In this document: positions 55,024 to 63,113 of the stretch, piece by piece
Position numbering within the stretch: position 1 is the stretch's first letter
Layout of the letters: every line of letters begins with the position of its first letter
Assembly (NCBI GenBank): GCA_035689115.1
Contig: DASSMA010000058.1
Location: 2,573 to 66,572, forward strand
Direction: 5' to 3'
Origin: Acidimicrobiales bacterium
GTDB taxonomy: Bacteria; Actinomycetota; Acidimicrobiia; Acidimicrobiales; GCA-2861595
Length of the DNA stretch: 64,000 nucleotides
Notes under the pieces: model-generated
What the model saw: only the letters and a program-made list of their open reading frames with translations
What the model was told of the DNA's origin: nothing
Database searches by the model: none
Translations under genes and position numbers: made by a program

Positions 55024-55529
55024 GGGGCAAGTGGGCGGCCGGGCTGCCCCCCCGCAACTTCACGTGGATCATCAAGGACAAGCTGGCGGTCAGCGAGCGG
55101 CCAGGCGGCTACGCCCGCAACCACCGGCGGGTCCGGCGCCAGGAGGAGATCATCTGGCTGCGGGAGCAGCACTTCGACCGGATCGTGTCGCTGCTCGGGT
55201 CGCCCCACAACCTCCATGCCTACGAGGAGCAGGGCATCACCTCGTCGCACGTGCCCTTCAGCGCCCTCGACGACCCCCGCACCGTGCTGCCCGACCTGTA
55301 CCAGCAGCTGGCCGGCTGGCTGGGCGGCGGCGAGAAGCTGCTGGTGCACCAGGAGGAGATGGGCGACCGGCTCATGGGCGTCATGGCCGGCTACCTGCTC
55401 TGCATGAACCTGATCCCCGACGGCCCCCAGGCCATCGCCGTCGTCGAGCGCATCACCCAGCGCCAGATGGGCCCGCCGGGCCGGGAGCTGGTCGCCCTGG
55501 TGCCCACGCTCTCGTGGCCGACGCCGTAG
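55020..55529 (+). CDS. dual-specificity-phosphatase-fold protein lacking the catalytic Cys
   Basis: GTGA overlap with folP. NFTWIIKDKLAVSERPGG and LLVHQEEMGDRLMGVMAGYL align to the DSP HCX5R P-loop, with Gln replacing Cys. Confidence 0.6.
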   Translation: MRGKWAAGLPPRNFTWIIKDKLAVSERPGGYARNHRRVRRQEEIIWLREQHFDRIVSLLGSPHNLHAYEEQGITSSHVPFSALDDPRTVLPDLYQQLAGWLGGGEKLLVHQEEMGDRLMGVMAGYLLCMNLIPDGPQAIAVVERITQRQMGPPGRELVALVPTLSWPTP

Positions 55530-55876
55530 AGCTGCGCGGCCTGCGGGTCGTGGGGCGCCACGGCCTGCTGCCCCACGAGCGCGACCGCGACCAGCCCTTC
55601 GAGGTCGACCTCGACCTCCACCTCGACCTGGCACCGGCCGGCGCCTCCGACGCCCTGGCCGACACGGTGGACTACGGGGCGGTGGTCGCCGCCACCGCCC
55701 GGGTCGTCGCCGGCCCCAGGGTCGACCTGCTGGAGACGCTGGCCCAGCGCATCGCCGACGCCGTGCTGGCCGACGCCCGGGTCGAGGCGGTCACCGTCGC
55801 CGTCCGCAAGCTGCGCCCGCCCGTCCCCGCCGACCTGGCCACCGCCGGCGTCCGCATCAGCCGCCGGCGCCGGTGA
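55514..55876 (+). CDS. folB: dihydroneopterin aldolase
   Basis: VELRGLRVVGRHGLLPHERDRDQPFEVDLDL...DTVDYGAV. GTG at 55514. Confidence 0.85.
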   Translation: MADAVELRGLRVVGRHGLLPHERDRDQPFEVDLDLHLDLAPAGASDALADTVDYGAVVAATARVVAGPRVDLLETLAQRIADAVLADARVEAVTVAVRKLRPPVPADLATAGVRISRRRR

Positions 55877-56316
55877 CGAGGGCGTTCGTCGCCCTCGGGT
55901 CGAACCTGTGTGACCGGCGGGCCCACCTGCGGGCGGCGGTGGCCGGCCTGCCCGGCGTAGTGGCCGTCTCGGACGCCTACGAGACGGACCCGGTGGGCGG
56001 GCCCGCCGGCCAGCCGCCGTACCTGAACGCGGTGGTGGAGCTGGACACCGACCTGTCGCCCCGGGAGCTCCTGGCGGTCGGCCAGGGCCTCGAGGCGGCC
56101 GCCGGCCGGGTGCGGGCCGAGCGGTGGGGGCCGAGGACGCTCGACGTGGACGTGCTGCTCGTCGGCGACCTCGTGGTGGAGGAGCCCGACCTCGTGGTGC
56201 CCCACCCCCGGATGCGGGAGCGGGCCTTCGTGCTCGTCCCCCTCCACGACCTGGCGCCCGAGCTGGTGGGGGAGCGCCCCGCCGACCCGTCCGTCCGGGG
56301 GATCGGCCCGCTGTAG
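55873..56316 (+). CDS. folK: 2-amino-4-hydroxy-6-hydroxymethyldihydropteridine diphosphokinase
   Basis: GTGA overlap with folB. Motifs: AFVALGSNL, WGPRTLDVDVL, PHPRMRERAFVLVPL. Confidence 0.9.
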   Translation: MTRAFVALGSNLCDRRAHLRAAVAGLPGVVAVSDAYETDPVGGPAGQPPYLNAVVELDTDLSPRELLAVGQGLEAAAGRVRAERWGPRTLDVDVLLVGDLVVEEPDLVVPHPRMRERAFVLVPLHDLAPELVGERPADPSVRGIGPL

Positions 56317-56368
56317 GGTGGAACCACGAACGGCACTCCACGCGGAGGCCGGAACGTGAAGGAGCAGC

Positions 56369-57190
56369 GTGGACCTCATCACCACCGTGGCCGCGTTCCG
56401 CGCCGCGCTCGAGGGCGAGCGGGCGGCGGGGCGCTCGGTCGGGCTGGTGCCCACCATGGGCGCCCTCCACGACGGCCACCTGTCCCTCATGCGCCGGGCC
56501 AAGAGGCAGTGCGACGTGGTGGCGGCGACGGTGTTCGTCAACCCGCTCCAGTTCGGCCCCAAGGAGGACCTCGACGCCTATCCGCGGGACCTCGAGGGCG
56601 ATGCCGCCAAGGCCAAGGCGGCTCGCGTGAAGTACGTCTTCGCCCCGTCGCCGGCCGAGATGTTCCCCACGCCCCCGCTCACCACCGTGCACGTGGCCGA
56701 GCTGGGCGACGAGCGGGAGGGGGCGTCCCGGCCCGGCCACTTCGACGGCGTCGCCACCATCGTCGCCAAGCTCTTCGCCGTCGCCGGGCCCTGCAGGGCC
56801 TACTTCGGCGAGAAGGACTACCAGCAGCTCGAGGTGGTGCGCCGGCTGGCGGCCGACCTGTCGCTGCCGGTGGAGGTCGTCGCCTGCCCCACCGTGCGCG
56901 AGCCCGACGGCCTGGCCCTGTCCAGCCGCAACGCCTACCTGTCGCCCGATGAGCGGGCCGCCGCCACCGTGCTCTACCGGGCCCTGCAGGAGGGGAAGAA
57001 GGTGGTGGAGCGGCAGGGCGACCTGGCCATCGCCAGCGCCGTGATGGCCACCACCATCGCCCACGAGCCCCTCGCCACCTTCGACTACGCCGACGCCGTC
57101 CCCGAGGGCGTCTTCCGTGTCCGCCTCTTCGTGGCGGCCCGCATCGGCAGCACCCGGCTCATCGACAACATGGAGGCCACCCTGCCGTGA
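56369..57190 (+). CDS. panC: pantoate--beta-alanine ligase
   Basis: GTG follows GAAGGAG. Motifs: [33 protein letters not shown]. Confidence 0.95.
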   Translation: MDLITTVAAFRAALEGERAAGRSVGLVPTMGALHDGHLSLMRRAKRQCDVVAATVFVNPLQFGPKEDLDAYPRDLEGDAAKAKAARVKYVFAPSPAEMFPTPPLTTVHVAELGDEREGASRPGHFDGVATIVAKLFAVAGPCRAYFGEKDYQQLEVVRRLAADLSLPVEVVACPTVREPDGLALSSRNAYLSPDERAAATVLYRALQEGKKVVERQGDLAIASAVMATTIAHEPLATFDYADAVPEGVFRVRLFVAARIGSTRLIDNMEATLP

Positions 57191-57546
57191 GGCGCCAGTT
57201 GCTCAAGTCCAAGATCCACCGGGCCACCGTCACCGACGCCGACGTCGACTACGTCGGCTCGGTCACCGTCGACGCCGACCTCCTGGCGCTGGCCGACATC
57301 CGGGAGTGGGAGCAGGTCCACCTGCTCGACATCGACAACGGCGCCCGCCTCGTCACCTACGCAATCCCCGGCGGGCCCGGGGAGATCTGCGTCAACGGGG
57401 CCGCCGCCCGGCTCGTCCGCCCCGGCCACAGGGTCATCGTCATCACCTACGCCGACTACGAGGAGGCCGAGCTGGACGGCCACCAGCCGGTGGTGGTCCA
57501 CGTCGACGCCCGCAACCGCCCGGCGGCACCGGTGCCCGCCCAGTAG
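57187..57546 (+). CDS. panD: aspartate 1-decarboxylase
   Basis: GTGA overlap with panC. Motif: [24 protein letters not shown]. Confidence 0.95.
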   Translation: MRRQLLKSKIHRATVTDADVDYVGSVTVDADLLALADIREWEQVHLLDIDNGARLVTYAIPGGPGEICVNGAAARLVRPGHRVIVITYADYEEAELDGHQPVVVHVDARNRPAAPVPAQ

Positions 57547-57556
57547 CTTCGCCCGC

Positions 57557-59080
57557 GTGGACCTCGACCTCCTCGTGCTCGGCTCGGGCGTGGCCGGCCT
57601 GTCGGCCGCCGTGCGGGCCGCCCTGGAGGAGCCGGGGCTGCGGGTGGGCGTGCTCACCAAGGCGGAGCTGGCCCAGACGGCCACCCGCTGGGCCCAGGGC
57701 GGCGTGGCGGCCGCCCTGGGCGGCGACGAGGACTCCACCGACCTCCACCTGGCCGACACCCTGAAGGCCGGCGCCGGCCTGTGCGACGTCGACGCCGTGC
57801 GGGTGCTGGTGGACGAGGGTCCGGGCCGGGTCAACGAGCTGATCGGCCTGGGCGCCGTCTTCGACACCGACCGCTCGGGCGCCCTGCTCCTGGCGCGGGA
57901 GGGCGGCCACTCCGTCGCCCGGGTCGTCCACGCCGGCGGGGCGGCGACGGGCGCCGAGATCGAGCGGGCCCTGGTCGACGCCGTGCGGGCCACTGCCGCC
58001 GGCGTGTTCGAGCGCTGGTTCGCCGTCGACCTGCTGGTGGAGGGGGGCCGGTGCCGGGGCGTGGCGGCCCTCGATGAGGCGGGTGCCCGCCACGAGGTGC
58101 GGGCTTCCCACGTGCTGGTGGCCACCGGCGGCGCCGGCCAGCTGTACTCGGTCACCACCAACCCGCTGGAGGCCACCGGCGACGGCGTGGCCATGGCGCT
58201 GCGGGCCGGCGTGGCGGTGGCCGACGTCGAGTTCATGCAGTTCCACCCCACTGCCCTGCACCACCCCGAGATGCCCCGGCCGCTGCTGTCGGAGGCCCTG
58301 CGGGGCCACGGCGCCCTGCTGCGGGACGCCGGCGGCGAGCGCTTCGTCGACGAGCTGCTGCCGCGCGACCAGGTCAGCCGGGCCATGACCGAGCGGCTGC
58401 TGGACCAGGGCGTCGACCATCTCTGGCTCGACGCCACCGGCCTGGAGGACTTCGACCGCCGGTTCCCCACCATCGCCGCCTCGGTGCGCAAGGTGGGGCT
58501 CGACCCCACCGCCGACTGGCTGCCGGTGGCACCGGCCGCCCACTACCTGTCGGGCGGCGTGGTCACCGACCTGCGGGGCGCCACCACCCTGCCCGGCCTC
58601 TGGGCCTGCGGGGAGGCGGCCTCCACCGGCGTGCACGGCGCCAACCGGCTGGCGTCCAACTCGCTGCTGGAGGGCATGGTGTTCGGGCCGCGGGTGGTGG
58701 AGGCCGTCCTCGCCGGCGCTGACGGCCCCGAGCCCAGCGGCGTCATGCGCGCCGTCCTGGCCGGCGAGAGCCCGCTCCTGTCGCTGCCGCCGGCGCCGGC
58801 CGCCGGGGCACCCGTCGAGGCGGTGAAGGCCCGCTCCGTTCTCCAGCACGCCATGACCGAGGGCGCCGGCGTGCTGCGCTCGGCTCGCTCGCTGGCCGCC
58901 ACCGCTGCCACCCTCGACGAGCTGGGCGACGAGTCCGACCCGGAGCTGGCCAACCTGCGCGCCGTCGCCCGGGCGCTGGTGCTCGCCGCCACCGCCCGCG
59001 AGGAGACGAGGGGCTGCCACGCCCGCACCGACTTCCCCGCCACGCGGCCCGAGTTCGCCCGCCGGTTCGTGATCCGGTGA
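57557..59080 (+). CDS. nadB: L-aspartate oxidase
   Basis: Motifs: LVLGSGVAGLSAA, WAQGGVAAAL, RGCHARTDFP. Confidence 0.95.
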   Translation: MDLDLLVLGSGVAGLSAAVRAALEEPGLRVGVLTKAELAQTATRWAQGGVAAALGGDEDSTDLHLADTLKAGAGLCDVDAVRVLVDEGPGRVNELIGLGAVFDTDRSGALLLAREGGHSVARVVHAGGAATGAEIERALVDAVRATAAGVFERWFAVDLLVEGGRCRGVAALDEAGARHEVRASHVLVATGGAGQLYSVTTNPLEATGDGVAMALRAGVAVADVEFMQFHPTALHHPEMPRPLLSEALRGHGALLRDAGGERFVDELLPRDQVSRAMTERLLDQGVDHLWLDATGLEDFDRRFPTIAASVRKVGLDPTADWLPVAPAAHYLSGGVVTDLRGATTLPGLWACGEAASTGVHGANRLASNSLLEGMVFGPRVVEAVLAGADGPEPSGVMRAVLAGESPLLSLPPAPAAGAPVEAVKARSVLQHAMTEGAGVLRSARSLAATAATLDELGDESDPELANLRAVARALVLAATAREETRGCHARTDFPATRPEFARRFVIR

Positions 59081-59916
59081 CGCCGTTCGACCCGCCCCTG
59101 CCGGCGGTGCGCGAGCTGGTGGCCCGGGCCCTGGCCGAGGACCTGGAGCCGCTGGGCGACCTCACCGCCGCCCTGCTCGACGGCTCCGTCCCGGTGAGCG
59201 CGGCCGTGGTGAGCCGGGAGGACGGTGTGCTGGCCGGGTCGCTGTGCTTCGAGGAGGCCTACGTCCGGCTCGACCCGGCGGTGTCGGTGTTCTTCCTGGT
59301 GGCCGACGGCGACCGGCTGGCGCCGGGCACCAAGGTGGCCGAGCTGGAGGGGCCGGCGCCCTCGCTGCTGGCGGGGGAGCGCACCGCCCTCAACCTGCTG
59401 TGCCACCTGTCGGGCGTCGCCACCCTCACCCGCCGCTTCGTGGACGCCGTCGAGGGGTCGCACACCCGCGTCCTCGACACCCGAAAGACCCTGCCCGGGC
59501 TGCGGGCCGTCCAGAAGGCGGCGGTGCGGGCCGGCGGCGGCCACAACCACCGGGGCAGCCTGTCGGAGATGGTGCTGGTGAAGGACAACCACCGGGCCGC
59601 CCTCGGCGTGGCCGAGGCGGTGGGCCGGGCCCGCCAGCGGTGGCCGTTCCGGGCCGTCGAGGTGGAGTGCGACACGATCGAGCAGGTGCGGGAGGCGGTG
59701 GCCGCCGGCGCCACCGCCGTGCTCCTCGACAACATGGGCCCGATCCAGGTCCGGCAGTGCGTGGAGGAGGTGGCCGGCCGGGCGCTCACCGAGGCGTCGG
59801 GCGGCATCACCCTCGAGCACGTCGCCGCCTACGCGGCGGCCGGCGTGGACTTCGTGTCGGTGGGCGCCCTCACCATGTCGGCGCCTTCCCTGGACCTCGG
59901 TCTGGACCTCGCCTGA
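59077..59916 (+). CDS. nadC: nicotinate-nucleotide diphosphorylase (carboxylating)
   Basis: GTGA overlap with nadB. Motifs: DTRKTLPGLR, GGGHNHRGSLSEMVLVKDNH, LLDNM. Confidence 0.95.
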   Translation: MTPFDPPLPAVRELVARALAEDLEPLGDLTAALLDGSVPVSAAVVSREDGVLAGSLCFEEAYVRLDPAVSVFFLVADGDRLAPGTKVAELEGPAPSLLAGERTALNLLCHLSGVATLTRRFVDAVEGSHTRVLDTRKTLPGLRAVQKAAVRAGGGHNHRGSLSEMVLVKDNHRAALGVAEAVGRARQRWPFRAVEVECDTIEQVREAVAAGATAVLLDNMGPIQVRQCVEEVAGRALTEASGGITLEHVAAYAAAGVDFVSVGALTMSAPSLDLGLDLA

Positions 59917-59917
59917 G

Positions 59918-60685
59918 ATGCTGCTGGCCGTCGACACCGGCAACACCCAGACCGTGCTCGGCCTCTTCGACGGACCCGAGCTGGCCTCCAGCTGGCGCAT
60001 CGCCACCAACGCCTCCCGCACGGCCGACGAGCACGCCCTCGTGATCACCCAGCTGCTCGACCTCGACGGCTACCCGGCCGAGGAGGTGGTCAGCGGCATC
60101 GCCGTGTCGTCCACCGTCCCGGCCCTCACCGCCACCCTGCGGGCCATGACCGAGCGGTGGTTCGAGGTGCCCACGGTCGTGCTGGAGCCGGGCGTGCGCT
60201 CGGGCGTCGCCATCCTGGCCGACAACCCGAGGGAGGTGGGCGCCGACCGTGTGGCCAACACCGTCGCCGTCCACGCCTTCGTCGAGGGAGCGGCCATCGT
60301 CGTCGACTTCGGCACGTCCACCAACTTCGACGTGGTGTCGGCCAAGGGCGAGTACCTGGGCGGCGCCATCGTCCCCGGCATCGAGATCAGCCTCGACGCC
60401 CTGTTCGGCCGGGCCGCTGCCCTCGGCCGGGTGGAGCTGGTCGAGCCCCGCAGCGTGATCGGCAGGAACACCGTGGAATGCATCCAGTCCGGCGCCCTCT
60501 ACGGCTACACCGAGCTGGTCGACGGCATGTGCCGGCGCATGCGGGCCGAGCTGGGCGAGGCCACCGTGGTGGCCACCGGAGGCCTCAGCGGCCTCATCAC
60601 CCCGCTGTCCACGGCGATCGACCGCCACGAGCCCTGGCTCACCCTCCACGGCCTCCGCCTCGTGTTCGAGAGGAACCAGACGTGA
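59918..60685 (+). CDS. coaX: type III pantothenate kinase
   Basis: Motifs: MLLAVDTGNTQTV, GADRVANTVA, VVDFGTSTNFD. Confidence 0.9.
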   Translation: MLLAVDTGNTQTVLGLFDGPELASSWRIATNASRTADEHALVITQLLDLDGYPAEEVVSGIAVSSTVPALTATLRAMTERWFEVPTVVLEPGVRSGVAILADNPREVGADRVANTVAVHAFVEGAAIVVDFGTSTNFDVVSAKGEYLGGAIVPGIEISLDALFGRAAALGRVELVEPRSVIGRNTVECIQSGALYGYTELVDGMCRRMRAELGEATVVATGGLSGLITPLSTAIDRHEPWLTLHGLRLVFERNQT

Positions 60686-62079
60686 TCCCCTACCGCTTCG
60701 AGCGGGACCGCGACGCCGCCTCGCTCCAGGCCGAGTTCGGCGGGCTGGAGGCCGGGGCCGAGACGGGCGCGACCGCGTCGGTCGCCGGCCGCCTCATGCT
60801 CCGGCGGGTGCAGGGGAAGCTGGCTTTCGGGACGCTCCAGGACTCGTCCGGCCGCGTGCAGCTGTTCGCACGCAAGGGCCGGACCCCCGACTTCGACACG
60901 TTCTGCGCCCTCTCCCTGGGCGACTGGATCGGGGTGCGGGGCGAGGTGTTGAAGACCCGCACGGGCGAGCTGTCGGTGAGCGTGGACGAGTGGGTGCTCC
61001 TGGCCGAGGCCCGCCGCTCCTTCCCCGACAAGTGGCACGGCATCACCGACGTCGACACGCGCTACCGCCAGCGCTACGTCGACCTGTGGGTCACCGACGA
61101 GGCCCGCCGCACGTTCCTGCTCCGCAGCCGCCTCATCAGCCTCCTGCGCCGGTTCCTGGAGGACAGGGGCTTCGTCGAGGTGGAGACGCCGATCTTCCAC
61201 CCGGTGGCCGGCGGGGCGGCGGCCCGGCCCTTCGTCACCCACCACAACGCCCTCGACCTCGACCTCTACCTGCGGATCGCCACCGAGCTGTACCTCAAGC
61301 GGCTGGTGGTGGGCGGCTTCGAGAAGGTGTTCGAGGTGGGCCGCACGTTCCGCAACGAGGGCCTGTCGCCCCGCCACAACCCCGAGTTCACCATGCTCGA
61401 GGTCTACGAGGCCTACGCCGACTACGGCGACATGATGGCCCTCACCGAGGGCCTGGTCGTCCACCTGGCCACCGAGCTGTGCGGGACGACCCACCTCACC
61501 TACGGGGGCCGGGAGCTGGACCTCACCCCGCCGTGGCGGCGGGCCACCCTCACCGAGCTGGTGGAGGAGCACGCCCACGTCCACGTCGACGTCGACATGC
61601 CGGTGGAGGACCTGCGGAAGGTCGCCGAGGACCACGGGATCGAGCCCCAGTCGGGCTGGGGACCGGGGAAGCTCGTCCTGGAGATCTACGAGAAGACCAC
61701 CGAGTCGCAGCTGTGGGGCCCGGTGTTCGTCTGCGACTACCCCCAGGAGGTGTCCCCCCTGGCCCGCGTCCATCGCGAGCGCCCCGGCCTGGTGGAGCGC
61801 TTCGAGGCCATCCTCGCCGGCCGGGAGCTGGCCAACGCCTTCTCCGAGCTGGTCGACCCCGACGACCAGCGCCGGCGCTTCGAGGACCAGGCCCGGGCCA
61901 AGGCGGCCGGCGACGAGGAGGCCATGGACCTCGACGAGGACTTCCTCCGGGCCCTCGACTACGGCTTCCCGCCCACCGGCGGCCTCGGGATCGGCATCGA
62001 CCGCCTGGTGATGCTCCTGGCCGACGCCCACCACATCCGCGACGTCCTCCTCTTCCCCACCCTCCGCCCCGAGCAGTGA
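60682..62079 (+). CDS. lysS: lysine--tRNA ligase (class II)
   Basis: GTGA overlap with coaX. It has an OB-fold N-terminus. Motif 2: FRNEG. Motif 3: GGLGIGIDRLVMLL. Confidence 0.95.
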   Translation: MIPYRFERDRDAASLQAEFGGLEAGAETGATASVAGRLMLRRVQGKLAFGTLQDSSGRVQLFARKGRTPDFDTFCALSLGDWIGVRGEVLKTRTGELSVSVDEWVLLAEARRSFPDKWHGITDVDTRYRQRYVDLWVTDEARRTFLLRSRLISLLRRFLEDRGFVEVETPIFHPVAGGAAARPFVTHHNALDLDLYLRIATELYLKRLVVGGFEKVFEVGRTFRNEGLSPRHNPEFTMLEVYEAYADYGDMMALTEGLVVHLATELCGTTHLTYGGRELDLTPPWRRATLTELVEEHAHVHVDVDMPVEDLRKVAEDHGIEPQSGWGPGKLVLEIYEKTTESQLWGPVFVCDYPQEVSPLARVHRERPGLVERFEAILAGRELANAFSELVDPDDQRRRFEDQARAKAAGDEEAMDLDEDFLRALDYGFPPTGGLGIGIDRLVMLLADAHHIRDVLLFPTLRPEQ

Positions 62080-62084
62080 ACGGA

Positions 62085-62127
62085 CTCGGGACGTTTTCGA
62101 TCGCTATGCGATCGGAACCGTCCCGAG
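62085..62127. repeat. palindromic element, family B, copy 1
   Basis: ctcgggacgttttcgatcgc-tat-gcgatcggaaccgtcccgag. It starts 6 nt after the lysS stop and encodes the last 7 codons and the stop of the DUF559 gene. Confidence 0.85.
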
Positions 62128-63021
62128 AACGCGGCGGACCTGGGCGGCGACCCGGTCGGGGCGCCGGACGACGTCGGCCCAGGTGAACCGCAGGACGGTC
62201 CAGCCGAGGGCCACGAGGGCGTTCTGCCGCTCGAGATCGTGCTGGAACGCCTGGGGCGAGGCATGGGCGGCGTGGCCGTCGACCTCCAGGGCCAGGCGCC
62301 GGTCGGGGTAGGCGAAGTCCACCCGGGCGACGAAGCGTCCGGCCTCGCGCACCTCGTGCTGGAAGGCGGCCGGCGGGAGTCGGTGGACCCGCATGAGGCG
62401 GGCCATGCGGGGCTCGAGCAGGGAGTCCGGCCGGTCGGCGCCGAGCGCCCGCCGGTCGAGGACGCCCCGCAGCACGCCGGCGCCCGAGCGCCCCGGCCCG
62501 GCCACCTCTTCGAGTGCCTGCTCCACGCCGGCGACCGTCAGCAGGCGCGCCTCCAGCGCCCGCTCGAGGGCGTCCTCCACCGCGCCGGCCGGCAGGACGG
62601 CCCCCAGGTCGACCAGCGCGCGCATCGGCGTGGTCGTCGGGACCCCCCTGCGGCGCACCGCCCGGGCGGCGCCGAGGTCGCCGGACCGGTGCAGCACGAC
62701 GCCGTGGAGCCGGGGCCGGCGGGGGCGCGGCACGGACACCTCGACGGTGTCGTCGTCCAGCAGGCCCCACAGGCGCGCCGCCGAGCGGTGGGACGCCACC
62801 GCTCCCTGGCCGGCGCCGAGCACGGCGGCCAGCACCCGCTGCTCCCAGGTGACCGGTGCGCCGGCCACCCGGTACACCGAGGGGAACACGGCGACGACCC
62901 GGCCGGCGCCCAGCCAGCGGCCGACGGTCGGCTCGCTCACGCCGGCCGCGTGCAGCTGCTCCCTCGTCACCAGCCCGTGCTGGCCGGCGCCGAGCCCGTC
63001 CAGCCATGTGATCGGGCCCAC
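62104..63021 (-). CDS. AbiEi_4-like N-terminal domain plus DUF559 (Vsr-endonuclease-fold) protein
   Basis: GTG at 63021 follows GAGGAGGGG. N-terminal region: GLVTREQLHAAGVSEPTVGRWLGAGR. C-terminal DUF559-like region: VDFAYPDRRLALEVDGHAAHASPQAFQHDLERQNALVALGWTVLRFTW. Confidence 0.8.
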   Translation of the reverse strand: MGPITWLDGLGAGQHGLVTREQLHAAGVSEPTVGRWLGAGRVVAVFPSVYRVAGAPVTWEQRVLAAVLGAGQGAVASHRSAARLWGLLDDDTVEVSVPRPRRPRLHGVVLHRSGDLGAARAVRRRGVPTTTPMRALVDLGAVLPAGAVEDALERALEARLLTVAGVEQALEEVAGPGRSGAGVLRGVLDRRALGADRPDSLLEPRMARLMRVHRLPPAAFQHEVREAGRFVARVDFAYPDRRLALEVDGHAAHASPQAFQHDLERQNALVALGWTVLRFTWADVVRRPDRVAAQVRRVLGTVPIA

Positions 63022-63042
63022 GGCCCCTCCTCGTTGACGCGG

Positions 63043-63087
63043 TCTGGGGACGTTTTCGATCGCTCTGCGATCGGAAACGTCCCGAGA
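63043..63087. repeat. palindromic element, family B, copy 2
   Basis: tctggggacgttttcgatcgc-tct-gcgatcggaaacgtcccgaga. It lies 22 nt upstream of the DUF559 start codon. Confidence 0.85.
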
Positions 63088-63113
63088 CTGTTTTCGGGTG
63101 GAGGGGGAAGGGG

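Larger units (their letters stand above)
62085..63087 (-). mobile_element. possible ~1 kb cassette: DUF559 gene bracketed by family B palindromes (speculative)
   Basis: Two near-identical palindromes delimit a single ORF lying between the convergent housekeeping genes lysS and the polyprenyl synthase. There is no transposase. Confidence 0.25.

Noticed and set aside
21468-63087. Palindromic repeats as a CRISPR array or a tRNA-like structure.
   Set aside because: Copies are single and are separated by 1 to 12 kb. There is no regular repeat-spacer periodicity, no cas genes and no cloverleaf.
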